Shown: positions 10,233-19,760 of the stretch, one piece after another
How positions within the stretch are numbered: the first letter of the stretch is position 1
Layout: each line of letters opens with the position of its first letter
Assembly: GCA_965214705.1 (NCBI GenBank)
Contig: OZ243972.1
Span: 3,008,001-3,072,000 of the forward strand
Source: Alphaproteobacteria bacterium
Lineage (GTDB): Bacteria > Pseudomonadota > Alphaproteobacteria > UBA828
Direction of reading: 5' to 3'
Length of the DNA stretch: 64,000 nucleotides
Translations under genes and position numbers: made by a program
The notes under the pieces: model-generated
The model's database searches: none
The model's input: only the letters and a program-made list of their open reading frames with translations
Told to the model about the DNA's origin: nothing

Positions 10233-11102
10233 TCAGTCTTTTGACATAGAGAAGGTTACACCGTGATTACTTAAGATAGGAATAATAGTGCTCACGTGCG
10301 TTCCCATTCCTGTATTGAGGAATTGGTGTTCCCTATTCCGATGATTAGGGACCTCTGGAGAGAAGCCGAGGGGGTGGTGCATCGTTCTCGACTGCATTGC
10401 CCAAATTCTCCCCTTTGCGTCAAATGTTGGACCGCCGCTTTGTCCGCGCAAACCGGGCGATGATGTTTCCACAAATTCAGCAGATATCTTACCATTCCCA
10501 ACTACCACAGTGCGAGTGAAAATGCCTTCAATCGGGAAAAGCGGAATTGGGAATGCGCCCGACGGAAACTCAAATGTATTGCTAGCTTCAACAAATGTTG
10601 GTGTAATGCTATGAAAAGGGAATCCCAATTTACATAGGCTCTCGCCAACATCGACGTTTGTCGAAGGATTCTTAAATGTGGGATATTTCGTCACGCGTGT
10701 CTTATCGAATCCAGAAAGCTGACCTATAGCCACGTCTGCTAGCGCATCAATTTGAAATGAATCGATGCGCCATCCGTCGTACCCCCACCATGGCGAGAAT
10801 TCGGTTATGTGGTTTGCGGGAGGTTTGGCCAAGGACCTTATCGACTTTTTCCGTTGGGCCTTTGTGAGCTTTTCATCAGCGTTGATGTTAGAGATTTCCC
10901 CCTTATAGTCAGTATAGGATTCCAGTTCCGCCTTATATTTCTGTATTTCGCTCACTATATGGTGCGCTGTAAGAATCCAACCATCCTCATTAAGGACAAT
11001 AAATGCACCTATCGAGCTGCCGGTCGAGCCATCCCGTCGGCGACGAGAAATAACGACCGGCAGCGTGTATTGCTGCGCCTCTTTTATCGCTTCTTGAAAC
11101 AT
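10233..11102 (-). CDS. Trypsin-like serine protease (IS passenger)
   Basis: Triad motifs LTAHH, DVAIG and GQSGGP; no obvious signal peptide; lower GC than the flanks. Confidence 0.85.
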   Translation of the reverse strand: MFQEAIKEAQQYTLPVVISRRRRDGSTGSSIGAFIVLNEDGWILTAHHIVSEIQKYKAELESYTDYKGEISNINADEKLTKAQRKKSIRSLAKPPANHITEFSPWWGYDGWRIDSFQIDALADVAIGQLSGFDKTRVTKYPTFKNPSTNVDVGESLCKLGFPFHSITPTFVEASNTFEFPSGAFPIPLFPIEGIFTRTVVVGNGKISAEFVETSSPGLRGQSGGPTFDAKGRIWAMQSRTMHHPLGFSPEVPNHRNREHQFLNTGMGTHVSTIIPILSNHGVTFSMSKD

Positions 11103-11149
11103 GCTAATGGGTCACTCGGAAAGTCAGACAGGACGAACATCATCCCCAC

Positions 11150-11320
11150 TCAGGGATTGTTGTTCTGTGGTCCCTTCGGCTCATTGCGCTCGGCACCGCC
11201 ACACGTGACGGCCCACGCCAGCGCTTCAGGCGTGGCGTTGATGCTCACGTCCTCTTCCAAGTCGGCTTTGGTTGGTTGGTGGGCCGCCGGATCGGTGGCC
11301 TTCAGGTCTCGGACTGCCAT
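11150..11320 (-). CDS. Small hypothetical protein within IS1595 element
   Basis: 56-aa ORF (…INATPEALAWAV…) preceded by a GGGAGG RBS. Confidence 0.55.
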   Translation of the reverse strand: MAVRDLKATDPAAHQPTKADLEEDVSINATPEALAWAVTCGGAERNEPKGPQNNNP

Positions 11321-11867
11321 CGCCTCCCCCTGTGAAGCTGTGTCCACACGATGGTAGATATAGGAATTGGGTGCGCATCCTGACACACCCTCATCCACAG
11401 CACACCCGGAAAATGATACCCCTCATCGGCATACCCGCGCGTGGGCTTCGGCCATGGGGCCGAGGCGTTCGGCACTTTTCGATATAATCCCCATTGCAAA
11501 CTGTCCTTTGTAGCTCTTGCGTTGGCGAACGATTCTCGATTTCGAGCATCGACCGATTGTGGTGGTGCCAGTGATTAGCCAGAAGTCTCGGTCCCTTTGC
11601 GGCTGACGGTGCCACTATCCCATCGTGCGGTGTGGGCGGTCCAGGGCGACCTGTTCGGCGCTTCGCCGAACGAGGAGGTGATCGACGGAGCGTTGGCGCG
11701 GTGCACCAATCCCGGCGACGACGCCATCTTAAGCGGCCACGGCTTCGGAAGGAAACCCGTTCGGCAGGGACCTTCGGAGTTCGACCGAGGGGAAGGCAGC
11801 ACCGGTGTGAGCGGCCATCCCGTCCGGCCCGTGACGGCGCATTCTCTTGGCACCTGATCGGAGACGC

Positions 11868-12641
11868 TCACTCCCTGGTCATTGTCCAGATGACGTCGCC
11901 GAGCACATCGACATTCCCGGCGAGGCAGGTACGGACCCCGTAGTCAGGATTGGCGCAGCTCAGGCGGAGCCTCGGCGGCTCCGTCCCGCCGATCGGCTCG
12001 ACGCGCCAGACCTCGAAGCCGCCGTCTTGGCGGAGCACGAAGAGCCCGCCGGCGCAGGGAACGCGCTTCGCGGTGTCGACGAGCAGACGGTCGCCCTCGC
12101 GCAGCACGGGCTCCATCGCGTTGCCGCGCACCCTGACGACGCGCAGGTTCGCGGGCTCGGCGCCCAATTCTTCGCGGATCGTGCGTTCGGGGATCTGCCA
12201 GCGCGCCGTCTCGCGTTCGACCCCCTTGCCGGCCGGCTCCGGCGCGGCGAAGAACTCGATCTCGATCTCGGATACGTCGGCCAGGCCGGAAGCGCCTCTT
12301 GGCGGCCTGCGTTTTCCACGCTTCCGGGTCCTGGGCGCGGGGAGCTGGGCGTGTCGCAGGAGATCGGGGTCGCAGTCGAGCAGCGCGGCGAGAGCGGCGC
12401 AGTCCCGGTAGGAAAGCACGCGGGGGATGCCGCGGGCGAGATACTGCTGGAGCCAGGCCTTGTTCCTGCCGATGGCGAGGGAGGCGGCGGCGAGCGAGAC
12501 GCCGCGCTCCCGGAGCCGTTGCCGAAGATTCTCCCGTGCCGGATCGCGCTCCGTCGTGTGCTTCTTCGGCCGTGCCGCGGGCGCGCCCGCCGGGTCGCGG
12601 TCGATCCCGCCGCCGGCGCCGTGCGCCGCACCCGTCAGCAT
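11868..12641 (-). CDS. CI/LexA-like HTH-S24 protein, catalytic residues substituted
   Basis: Paralog of 12635-13321, with GNAMEP in place of GDSMEP and EVWRV in place of VVKRV. Confidence 0.85.
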   Translation of the reverse strand: MLTGAAHGAGGGIDRDPAGAPAARPKKHTTERDPARENLRQRLRERGVSLAAASLAIGRNKAWLQQYLARGIPRVLSYRDCAALAALLDCDPDLLRHAQLPAPRTRKRGKRRPPRGASGLADVSEIEIEFFAAPEPAGKGVERETARWQIPERTIREELGAEPANLRVVRVRGNAMEPVLREGDRLLVDTAKRVPCAGGLFVLRQDGGFEVWRVEPIGGTEPPRLRLSCANPDYGVRTCLAGNVDVLGDVIWTMTRE

Positions 12642-13321
12642 TTCCTCACGGTCCAGACGACCTTGCCGACGATGTGGGCTTCCTCGGCGAGGCAGCTGTA
12701 GGGCTCATACTCGGGGTTGGCGGAGTGGAGGCGGAGCCGCGGCGGCTCGGCATGGGGCATCACCTCGACGCGCTTGACCACCAGCCCCGAGCCGTCCCAG
12801 AGCACCGCCATCTCCCCGGTATCGGGGCTGCGCCGGGCGATGTCGACCAGCAGCCGGTCGCCGTCGGAGATCAGCGGCTCCATGGAGTCGCCGCGAGCGC
12901 GGAGCACGCGCAGGGTGCCGGGGTCGGCGTCGCCCTCGTGGCGGATCATGCCCTCGGGCAGGTACCAGCGCGCCTTCTCGTCGACGAACTCCTCGTTGAG
13001 CGCGCCCGGCCCGGCGGCGGCCTCGACCGCCACCTCGGGGATGGCGACGAGCGGCGCGCCGGCAGGGGGCGCGGTGCGCCGGCGGCGCTTCTGCGGCCTG
13101 CGCCGGGGCGGCTCGGGATGGCGCAGCTCGGTCGCCTCGCATCCAAGCAGCTTCGCGAGGCTCTCGGCGTCCGCATGGCCGAGCGCCTTGGGCACGCCGC
13201 GGGCGATGAACTGGTTCAGGTAGCTCGGGCTGCGGCCGATGGCGGCGGAGGCCTCCTTCATGGTGAGGCCGCGCTGCCATAGGCGATCCCTGATTTTTTG
13301 TCGTAACGGGTCGCGTTCCAT
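12635..13321 (-). CDS. CI/LexA-like HTH-S24 autocleaving repressor
   Basis: N-terminal HTH, AAAG cleavage site, and GDSMEP Ser / VVKR Lys dyad. Confidence 0.9.
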   Translation of the reverse strand: MERDPLRQKIRDRLWQRGLTMKEASAAIGRSPSYLNQFIARGVPKALGHADAESLAKLLGCEATELRHPEPPRRRPQKRRRRTAPPAGAPLVAIPEVAVEAAAGPGALNEEFVDEKARWYLPEGMIRHEGDADPGTLRVLRARGDSMEPLISDGDRLLVDIARRSPDTGEMAVLWDGSGLVVKRVEVMPHAEPPRLRLHSANPEYEPYSCLAEEAHIVGKVVWTVRKC

Positions 13322-13391
13322 GGTCGATGCTCGCATCTGCTGCGTAGAACAGTAGTGTATTGAAGACTGAAATATATTGTCAAGCCGGAAT

Positions 13392-13406
13392 GTTCCACCT
13401 ACGTTC
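13392..13406. promoter_or_regulatory. Alphaproteobacterial LexA (SOS) box GTTC-N7-GTTC
   Basis: GTTC-CACCTAC-GTTC ends 6 bp before ATG 13413 and overlaps the inverted repeat GCCGGAA...TTCCGGC. Confidence 0.65.
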
Positions 13407-13412
13407 CGGCCC

Positions 13413-14135
13413 ATGACCCGATACCGCACACACTTCCTCGGTGCCATCGACGCCCATATGGAGCGTCACGACATGTCCCCCAGCCGCTTCGGCAGGGAGA
13501 CGATGCGCGATCCCACCTTCGTCTTTCGGGTGAAGAAGAAGGGGCGCAACCCGCGCCTGGATACGGTGGACAAGGTGCTGGTCGGGATGGGCCATGAACC
13601 CGTCGGGGACCGCTTCGTGGCCGAGGTCAGGACGTTCCTGGCGGTCACCGGCATGAAGCGCTCGGAATTCAGCCGCGAAGTCAACAAAAACCGGTCCTTT
13701 GCGACCTGGCTGCTGAATGGCGGCTTGCCCCGGCTCGCCACCATGGACAAGGCGGACGCCGTCATGGCCGAGCATGCGAACCCGGCCCAGCGCGAGGCGA
13801 TCCGGGCGGCGGTCGAGGAAGGGGTACCCGCGGCGCCGGTCGGGGAAGCCGACGATGAGGAGATGGAGATGACCGAGGACGGCTACATGAGCACCGAGGA
13901 GGCGGCGGAGTTCCTGAAACTGTCGCCCCGCACGCTTCAGGCTTACCGGGGCAGCGGCAAGGGACCGCCGTTCAGCCGTATGGGCAACCGGGCGCGCTAT
14001 CTGCGCTCGAAGGTCGCGGAGTGGGCGGCCGCGCGCGAGGCGCGCTCGACCACCGAGGCCGACGAGAAGGAGCGCGAGGAGAGAGCGGCGGCCTCGCCGC
14101 CGGACAGGGACGACACCGGGAAGGAGGACAGGTGA
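13413..14135 (+). CDS. Cro-like tandem HTH plus excisionase-type HTH fusion
   Basis: Two similar Cro-like units (PSRFGRE..PRLDT; RSEFSRE..PRLAT) and a C-terminal STEEAAEFLKLSPRTL..GKGP HTH_17-like domain; divergent from the repressors. Confidence 0.75.
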   Translation: MTRYRTHFLGAIDAHMERHDMSPSRFGRETMRDPTFVFRVKKKGRNPRLDTVDKVLVGMGHEPVGDRFVAEVRTFLAVTGMKRSEFSREVNKNRSFATWLLNGGLPRLATMDKADAVMAEHANPAQREAIRAAVEEGVPAAPVGEADDEEMEMTEDGYMSTEEAAEFLKLSPRTLQAYRGSGKGPPFSRMGNRARYLRSKVAEWAAAREARSTTEADEKEREERAAASPPDRDDTGKEDR

Positions 14136-14458
14136 TGACTGCAATCTCGAACGACCGCAGGAAGCGCGCACTCCGCATCGCCGTGGGCGCGATCGTCGCG
14201 CTGGCGCTGGCGCTGCTCGGGATCGACGCCGCGTTTGCGACGACGGACACCACCTTCACGGATCCGCTGGACACGGTGACGGGCATGGTGTCGGGCACCG
14301 GCGGTCAGCTCGCGGCGGCGCTCGCCGTGGGCGCCGCCCTGGTGGGCTCGGTTCTGCGCTTCAACGCGATGCAGCTTCTCGGCGCGGTCGGCGTCGGCGT
14401 GGCGGCGGGCGCCGGCACCGGGATCGTCACCGGCCTCGTCGGCACGGCGATCGTCTGA
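14135..14458 (+). CDS. traA: Conjugative pilin
   Basis: Signal peptide (AFA) plus two hydrophobic segments, immediately before traL. Confidence 0.7.
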   Translation: MTAISNDRRKRALRIAVGAIVALALALLGIDAAFATTDTTFTDPLDTVTGMVSGTGGQLAAALAVGAALVGSVLRFNAMQLLGAVGVGVAAGAGTGIVTGLVGTAIV

Positions 14459-14468
14459 CGGTGCGGCG

Positions 14469-14762
14469 ATGAGCGACACCGCGCGCCATGCGATACCGCG
14501 CCGGCTCGACGATCCGGAGCGCTGGCTGTTCTGGACCTTCGACGAGGCGGCCGCGCTGCTGGGACCGGCGGTGCTCGGGCTCGCGGCGAACCAGTTCGTC
14601 GCAGGACTGGTGGCCGGCATCGCCGGCTGGCTGCTGCTGCGCCGCGTCAAGCGCGGCGGCGGGGCCAACATCGCGCTCTACGCGCTCTACTGGTTCCTGC
14701 CCGAGTTCGTGCTGCGGCTCCGTGGCACCCCGCCGAGCCATGTCAGGCGGTACTTCGGATGA
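14469..14762 (+). CDS. traL: TraL pilus assembly protein
   Basis: IPRRLDDPER..FWTFDE and LYWFLP motifs; synteny. Confidence 0.9.
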   Translation: MSDTARHAIPRRLDDPERWLFWTFDEAAALLGPAVLGLAANQFVAGLVAGIAGWLLLRRVKRGGGANIALYALYWFLPEFVLRLRGTPPSHVRRYFG

Positions 14763-15310
14763 GGCGCGAGGCGATGGACGCGGAGCGTCGCCGTGCGCGG
14801 GATGCGCGGACGGTTCTCGCGGGCCTGCTGGCGCTCTCGGTGCTGTCCAACCTGGTGCTGGCGCACGGGCTCAGCAGCCGCGAGCGGGTAACGGTGCTCC
14901 TTCCCGCCGTCTCGGGCCCCGCCTGGGAGGTGGGGGAGAGCTGGGCCGGGCGGCGCTACCTGGAGGACGCCGCGCGCACCGCAGCGGTGACGCTGCTCAC
15001 GCTGACGCCCGAGAACGCGGCCCATGTGCGTGAGGCAGCGGCGCGTCTCGCCCATGCCGAGGCCAGGGGCGCGATCGGCGCCTGGGTGGCAGCGGAAGCG
15101 GAACGGATGGCCCGGCGCGATCTCGCGACCGCGTTCTATCCGAGGAGCATCGAGAGCGACGGGCGCGAACTCAGCGCCGAGATCGCGGGCGAGCTCGTGA
15201 CCTGGATCGGGCGCGAGGAAGCATCGCGGCAGAAGCGGCGCTACCGCCTCGCCTTCCGCATCGACGCGGGCCGGCTCGCGCTGCTGCGCTTCGAGCAGAT
15301 GGAGGACTGA
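14759..15310 (+). CDS. traE: TraE
   Basis: N-terminal TM segment, LTLTPEN and AFYP motifs; synteny. Confidence 0.85.
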   Translation: MRREAMDAERRRARDARTVLAGLLALSVLSNLVLAHGLSSRERVTVLLPAVSGPAWEVGESWAGRRYLEDAARTAAVTLLTLTPENAAHVREAAARLAHAEARGAIGAWVAAEAERMARRDLATAFYPRSIESDGRELSAEIAGELVTWIGREEASRQKRRYRLAFRIDAGRLALLRFEQMED

Positions 15311-15312
15311 GG

Positions 15313-16302
15313 ATGAATACAGGATCGTTGACGGCCGGACCGCACTCCATGGCGCGCTTCGGCCGCGTCGCGGCAATGGCGGCGGCACTCCTTATATGTA
15401 TGGCGTACGGCTCCGTGGCCGCCGCCATGGATGCCTCGGGCGCGTATGCCGCCGGCACGAGTGTCTCCGGCACGAGTGTCTCCGGCACAAGTGTCCTGGA
15501 GGCGGCGGATCATGCCGAGCTTGCGGCGGACATCTCCATGTCCGGGGTTGTTCGCATCGCGCTGCCGGGCGACCGCGTCGCCAAGGTGATCCGGGCGCCC
15601 GGCGGCCTGCGCGTCGAGCACGACCCGGCGAGCGGCGATCTCTACCTGCACCCCCTCGGGGGCGACGGCGCGGCGGCGGCGGGGCCCGAGGTGCTGTTCA
15701 TCGGCACCGAGCGGGGCTTCACCTACCGGCTCGCTCTGACGCCCGTGTCCGTGGGCGCGACGCAGATCCTGATCCGCAACCCGGCGGTCACGGTATCCGC
15801 ATCTTCACCGGCCCGGAGGGTCAAGGGGATACTCGTGCCGGAGAGCGACGGCCGCGTCGGCGCGCTGGTGCGCCTGGTCCGCGCGGCGGCGCGGGGCGAG
15901 CCGCTTGCCGGTTATGCGGTCCATGCCGGGCGCGCGGTCGCCGGCACAAGTGTCCCCGGCACGGGTGTCTCAGGATTGAAGGTCATCGAGACCTGGCGTG
16001 GATCGCGCTTCTCGGCGTTCGTGTTCGAGGCCGGCCCTTCGGCCTCAGGGGGCGCGGAGGGCGCCGCGGGCCTCGCCGGGACACTCGTGCCGGAGACACT
16101 CGTGCCGGAGACACTCGTGCCGGGGACCATCGGCGGGCTGGCGGGCATCGGCCGCCTCGCCGCTCTCTGGCTGGCGGCGCCCGGCACCGGCCCCTCGGGC
16201 GGCAGGCTCGCGGTGGCGGTGTACGAGGACGCCCGTGCCGGAGACACTCGCGCCGGAGACGGTCCGGTTGCCGATCCGCCGCACGCGGGAGAGTCACGGT
16301 GA
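15313..16302 (+). CDS. traK: TraK secretin-like protein with repeat insertions
   Basis: RIALPGDRV, GDLYL and FIGTERGFTYRLAL motifs; lies between traE and traB. Confidence 0.8.
   Translation: MNTGSLTAGPHSMARFGRVAAMAAALLICMAYGSVAAAMDASGAYAAGTSVSGTSVSGTSVLEAADHAELAADISMSGVVRIALPGDRVAKVIRAPGGLRVEHDPASGDLYLHPLGGDGAAAAGPEVLFIGTERGFTYRLALTPVSVGATQILIRNPAVTVSASSPARRVKGILVPESDGRVGALVRLVRAAARGEPLAGYAVHAGRAVAGTSVPGTGVSGLKVIETWRGSRFSAFVFEAGPSASGGAEGAAGLAGTLVPETLVPETLVPGTIGGLAGIGRLAALWLAAPGTGPSGGRLAVAVYEDARAGDTRAGDGPVADPPHAGESR
15424..15498 (-). repeat. 15-bp repeat array (GGCACGAGTGTCTCC, read as GTSVS)
   Basis: Three good and two degenerate units; reverse complement of GGAGACACTCGTGCC. Confidence 0.9.
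16078..16127 (+). repeat. 15-bp repeat array (GAGACACTCGTGCCG, read as ETLVP)
   Basis: Three tandem units in traK. Confidence 0.9.
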
Positions 16303-16487
16303 GCGCGCGCACCGCGAAGGCGCGCGACGGCGAGTCGCGCCGCGCCCGCAACCGGCAGCTGGTGCTGTTCTCGGTGATCGCGGCGGCGGTGCTGATGGTG
16401 TTCGCCTTCTGGCTCGCGGCGGGCGGCGGCAATGCGCCCCGGCCGGAGGCGCGCATCGATGCCGAGCTCGCGACGCCGGGGACGGCC

Positions 16488-18690
16488 CAGGGCGAATTTG
16501 TCCAAGCCTGATTTTTGAGTTCTGCGCTACGAGTTGACCTTGGGTCTGGTCAGCGCGCGCCAACCCTGCTATGGATTGAGGCGACTGGATTCGCGGTGTT
16601 CTGCTGCGGATCGGCTTCGAGCAGGGGGACGGTTTCTACGGTGGATCTTTCCGAGGTCGATGTCGCTGCTGTCCGGCCGGAGGACGAGGCCCGGTTCCGC
16701 GCGCTGATGGAGGGGCATCACTACCTGGGTGCGTCTGCGAAGGTGGGGGCGACGGCGTGGTACGTCGCCCATCGGCGCGGCGAGTGGCTGGCGCTGGCCG
16801 TGTTTTCGGCTGCGGCGCGCAAGTGCCGGGCGCGGGACGAGTGGATCGGCTGGGACTTCCGCACGCAGCACGGGCGGCTGCATCTGATCGCGAACAACGC
16901 GCGCTTCCTGATCCTGCCGGGACGGGGTGTTCCGAACCTCGGCTCGCGGGTGCTGGGGCTTTGCGCGCGGCGCTTGGCGCGCGACTGGCCGGCCCGCTTC
17001 GGCCACCCCGTGCTGATGCTGGAAACATTCGTGGACGCGGCGAGGTTCCGGGGCACGGTCTACCGGGCGGCTGGATGGCTGGCGGTCGGCCAGACCCGCG
17101 GCTTCCGGCGCCACCGCTCGGGCTATGTCGCCGGCTCGACGCCGAAGCTTGTGCTGCTGCGCCCCCTGGTTCCCGACGCCTGCCGCCGGCTGTCCGCTGC
17201 CGGGCTGGATCGGGAGTTGTGGAAGAAAGGAGTTCCGAGAACCATGATCAGCGCCGCTCAGCAAGAGTCGCTCTACGCCTACTTCAAGGACATCGACGAC
17301 CCCCGCACGCGCAAGGGACGGCGGCATTCGCTGCCCAGCGTGCTCGCGCTTGCGAGTGGCGCGACGCTCTGCGGCATGCGAGGCTGGAAGGCCATGTCCG
17401 AGTGGGTCGACGATCTCGGCGAGAAGGCGCTGGCCCGCTTCGGCGTGCGGCTGCGCGACGGGGTGCGCCGGCCGCCTTCGATGTCGACCATCCGCAATGT
17501 GGTGATCCGGGTGGACCCGGACCAGTTGGACGAGGCGTTGCGCAAGTGGCAGGAGGCCCACGGCTCAGGCGACGCGGCGCTTGCCATCGACGGCAAGACC
17601 CTGAGGGGGGCCATCGACGAGGACGGGACCCAGGCTCATGTCATGAGCGCGGTCGGGCACGAGACCAAGGCCACGCTCGCCCAAAAAAACTTCTCCTGAA
17701 AGTCGGGGCCGACGAGGAGACAAAGCGCACCAACGAGATCGGCACCGTGACGGCGCTGGTGGACCTGATCCCGAACATCGCGGGCAAGACGGTCACGACG
17801 GACGCGCTGCTAACCCAGCGCAAGTTCGCCCGCTACCTGCTCGACCGGGGCGCGCACTTCATGTTCATCGTGAAAGGGAACCAGAAGACCATGCGGGACG
17901 ATGTGACGCTGCTCTTCGAAGAGGCGCCGGAGCGTGAGCCCGACTTCGAGGAGGAGGCCGCGCTGTCGCACGGACGCATCGAGCAGCGGGCAATCTGGAC
18001 GAGCACGGAGTTGAACGGCTTTCTCGACTTCCCGGGCGTCGGCCAGGTCTTCATGATCGAGCGCTCCCGCCAGGACAAGAAGACCGGCGAGACCGGCACC
18101 GAGACCGCCTACGGGATCTCCAGCCACACGCCCGGCACGGCCAACGCGCAGAGCCTGCTCGCCCTCAACCGCGGCCACTGGTGCATCGAGAACAGCTCGC
18201 ACCACTGCCTCGACTGGACCTGGGACGAGGACCGCAGCCGCATACGCACAGGCTTCGGCCCCGAGAACATGACCCGCCTGCGGCGCTTCGCCATCGGCCT
18301 GATCAAGGGCCGGGGGCTCGAGGTCGCCTCGACCGTGCGCAGGCTCGCCCGCAACGTCCGCGCCGTCCTCGACTTCCTGAAAATGACCGGGAACACCCAG
18401 CCGAGGACCGCAAAGCGCGCCGCGCCGGCCTGAACCCCGGCGCCCGGCAAGCCGGGCGCAAAGATCGTACCTGCCCTCGCTCCCGACCACGCCGGTGGCG
18501 CGATCCATCATGTCGGGGCACCGCCAAATCGCGACGGCACCGCCCGCACCGCCCACACGGTAATGCCAGAACCGTCTGACCGAACCGGATGCTCGGCCAG
18601 ACCCCGCCGCAAACCCCGCAACAAAGCCGATCCGCACAACCCGTGGCCAGAACTCAACTGCCTACCAGCCGCTTGGACAAATTTGCCCTG
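16488..18690 (+). mobile_element. ISAs1-family insertion sequence
   Basis: IRs CAGGGCGAATTTGTCCAAGC / GCTTGGACAAATTTGCCCTG; 10-bp TSD GGGGACGGCC at 16478-16487 and 18691-18700. Confidence 0.95.
16641..18433 (+). CDS. DUF4338-like domain fused to ISAs1 DDE transposase, -1 frameshift at A7 (17683-17689)
   Basis: N-terminal HHYLG, RDEWIGW, NNARFLILP and LETFVD; then DPR..RH, IDGKTLRG; after the shift DALLTQ, VKGNQ and HWCIEN. Confidence 0.85.
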
Positions 18691-19760
18691 GGGGACGGCC
18701 GAGGAGAGCTGGACGCGGCGCTCTGAAGCCCGACTCGGCGACATGGACGCGCGGCTGCGCGACATGGAGACCAGGGCGAATCGCGTGAACCAGGAGAATG
18801 AGCGCCTCCGGACCCAGCTCACCGCCAATGCCCAGGACGCGAAGCGTGTCATCGACGGCCTCGCGGCGAAGATCGCCGAGATGGAGCGCGCGGAGGCGGG
18901 CTCAGAAGCCGCCCCGGCCGAGGGCGCGCCGAAGGGCGAGCTGTTCCAGCGGGGCGCGGGGCGGCGGACAGCCCCGACGGCCGGCGATGCCGCGTCCGGG
19001 GTCGTGCCGGAGACCGGGTCTCTGATCGAGACCTTCCGGCTCGACGGTTCGGAGGAGCCGTTCGACGCGCCCCCCGCCAGGGATATCGGCGCCTGGCTTC
19101 CGGCCGGGAGCCACGCCGAGGCGATCGTGCTCGCGGGCGTCGACGCCTCGGCGGGGGTCTCGTCGCAGGGCGACCCGCGCCCGGTGCTGCTCAGGATCGT
19201 CGGTCCCGCATGGACCGCGGCGGTCGATGGCAGGGCGCTCGCCGTCGATATCGACGGCTGCACCGTGACCGGCGCCGCCCATGGCGACCTCTCGTCGGAG
19301 AAGGTCTACGCGAGGCTCAGGACGCTCACCTGCGTCGGAGACGAGCCCGGCACGGGGGAACACCCCGGCACGGTGCTGGAAACACAGGTTGCGGGGTTCG
19401 TCGCCGGCGCCGGCAAGACCGGTGTGCGCGGCCCCGTGGTGAGCCGCGAGGGCGCGCTGGTCGAGAAGGCGTTCCTGGCCGGCCTCGTCTCCGGGCTCGG
19501 CGAGGGTGTCTCGGGCGCGTTCGCGCCGCAGGCCGTCGCCACCGGCACGGGAGCTTCGATGGCCAATACCGGTCTCGACGATATCGGCCGGGCCGGGCTC
19601 GGCTCCGGGGCTTCGTCGGCGGGCCGCAAGGTCGCCGACTACCTGATCCGGCGCGCCGAACAGTACCAGCCGGTGATCCAGCTCCAGGCCGGGACCCGGG
19701 TGACGGTGGTGTTCATCGAGGGCGCGTGGCTCGACGGAAGGACCGAAAAGGGGAAGAGGA

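Larger units (their letters stand above)
6390..11492 (+). mobile_element. IS1595-family element with passenger genes and a nested IS91-like element
   Basis: IRs GGGGTTTATATCGAAAAGTGCCGAA / TTCGGCACTTTTCGATATAATCCCC; 8-bp TSD ATTGCAAA at 6382-6389 and 11493-11500. Confidence 0.93.

Noticed and set aside
11501-11867. ORFs 11597-11857 and 11575-11871
   Set aside because: No motifs or convincing RBS; more likely the displaced upstream region of the nuclease gene.
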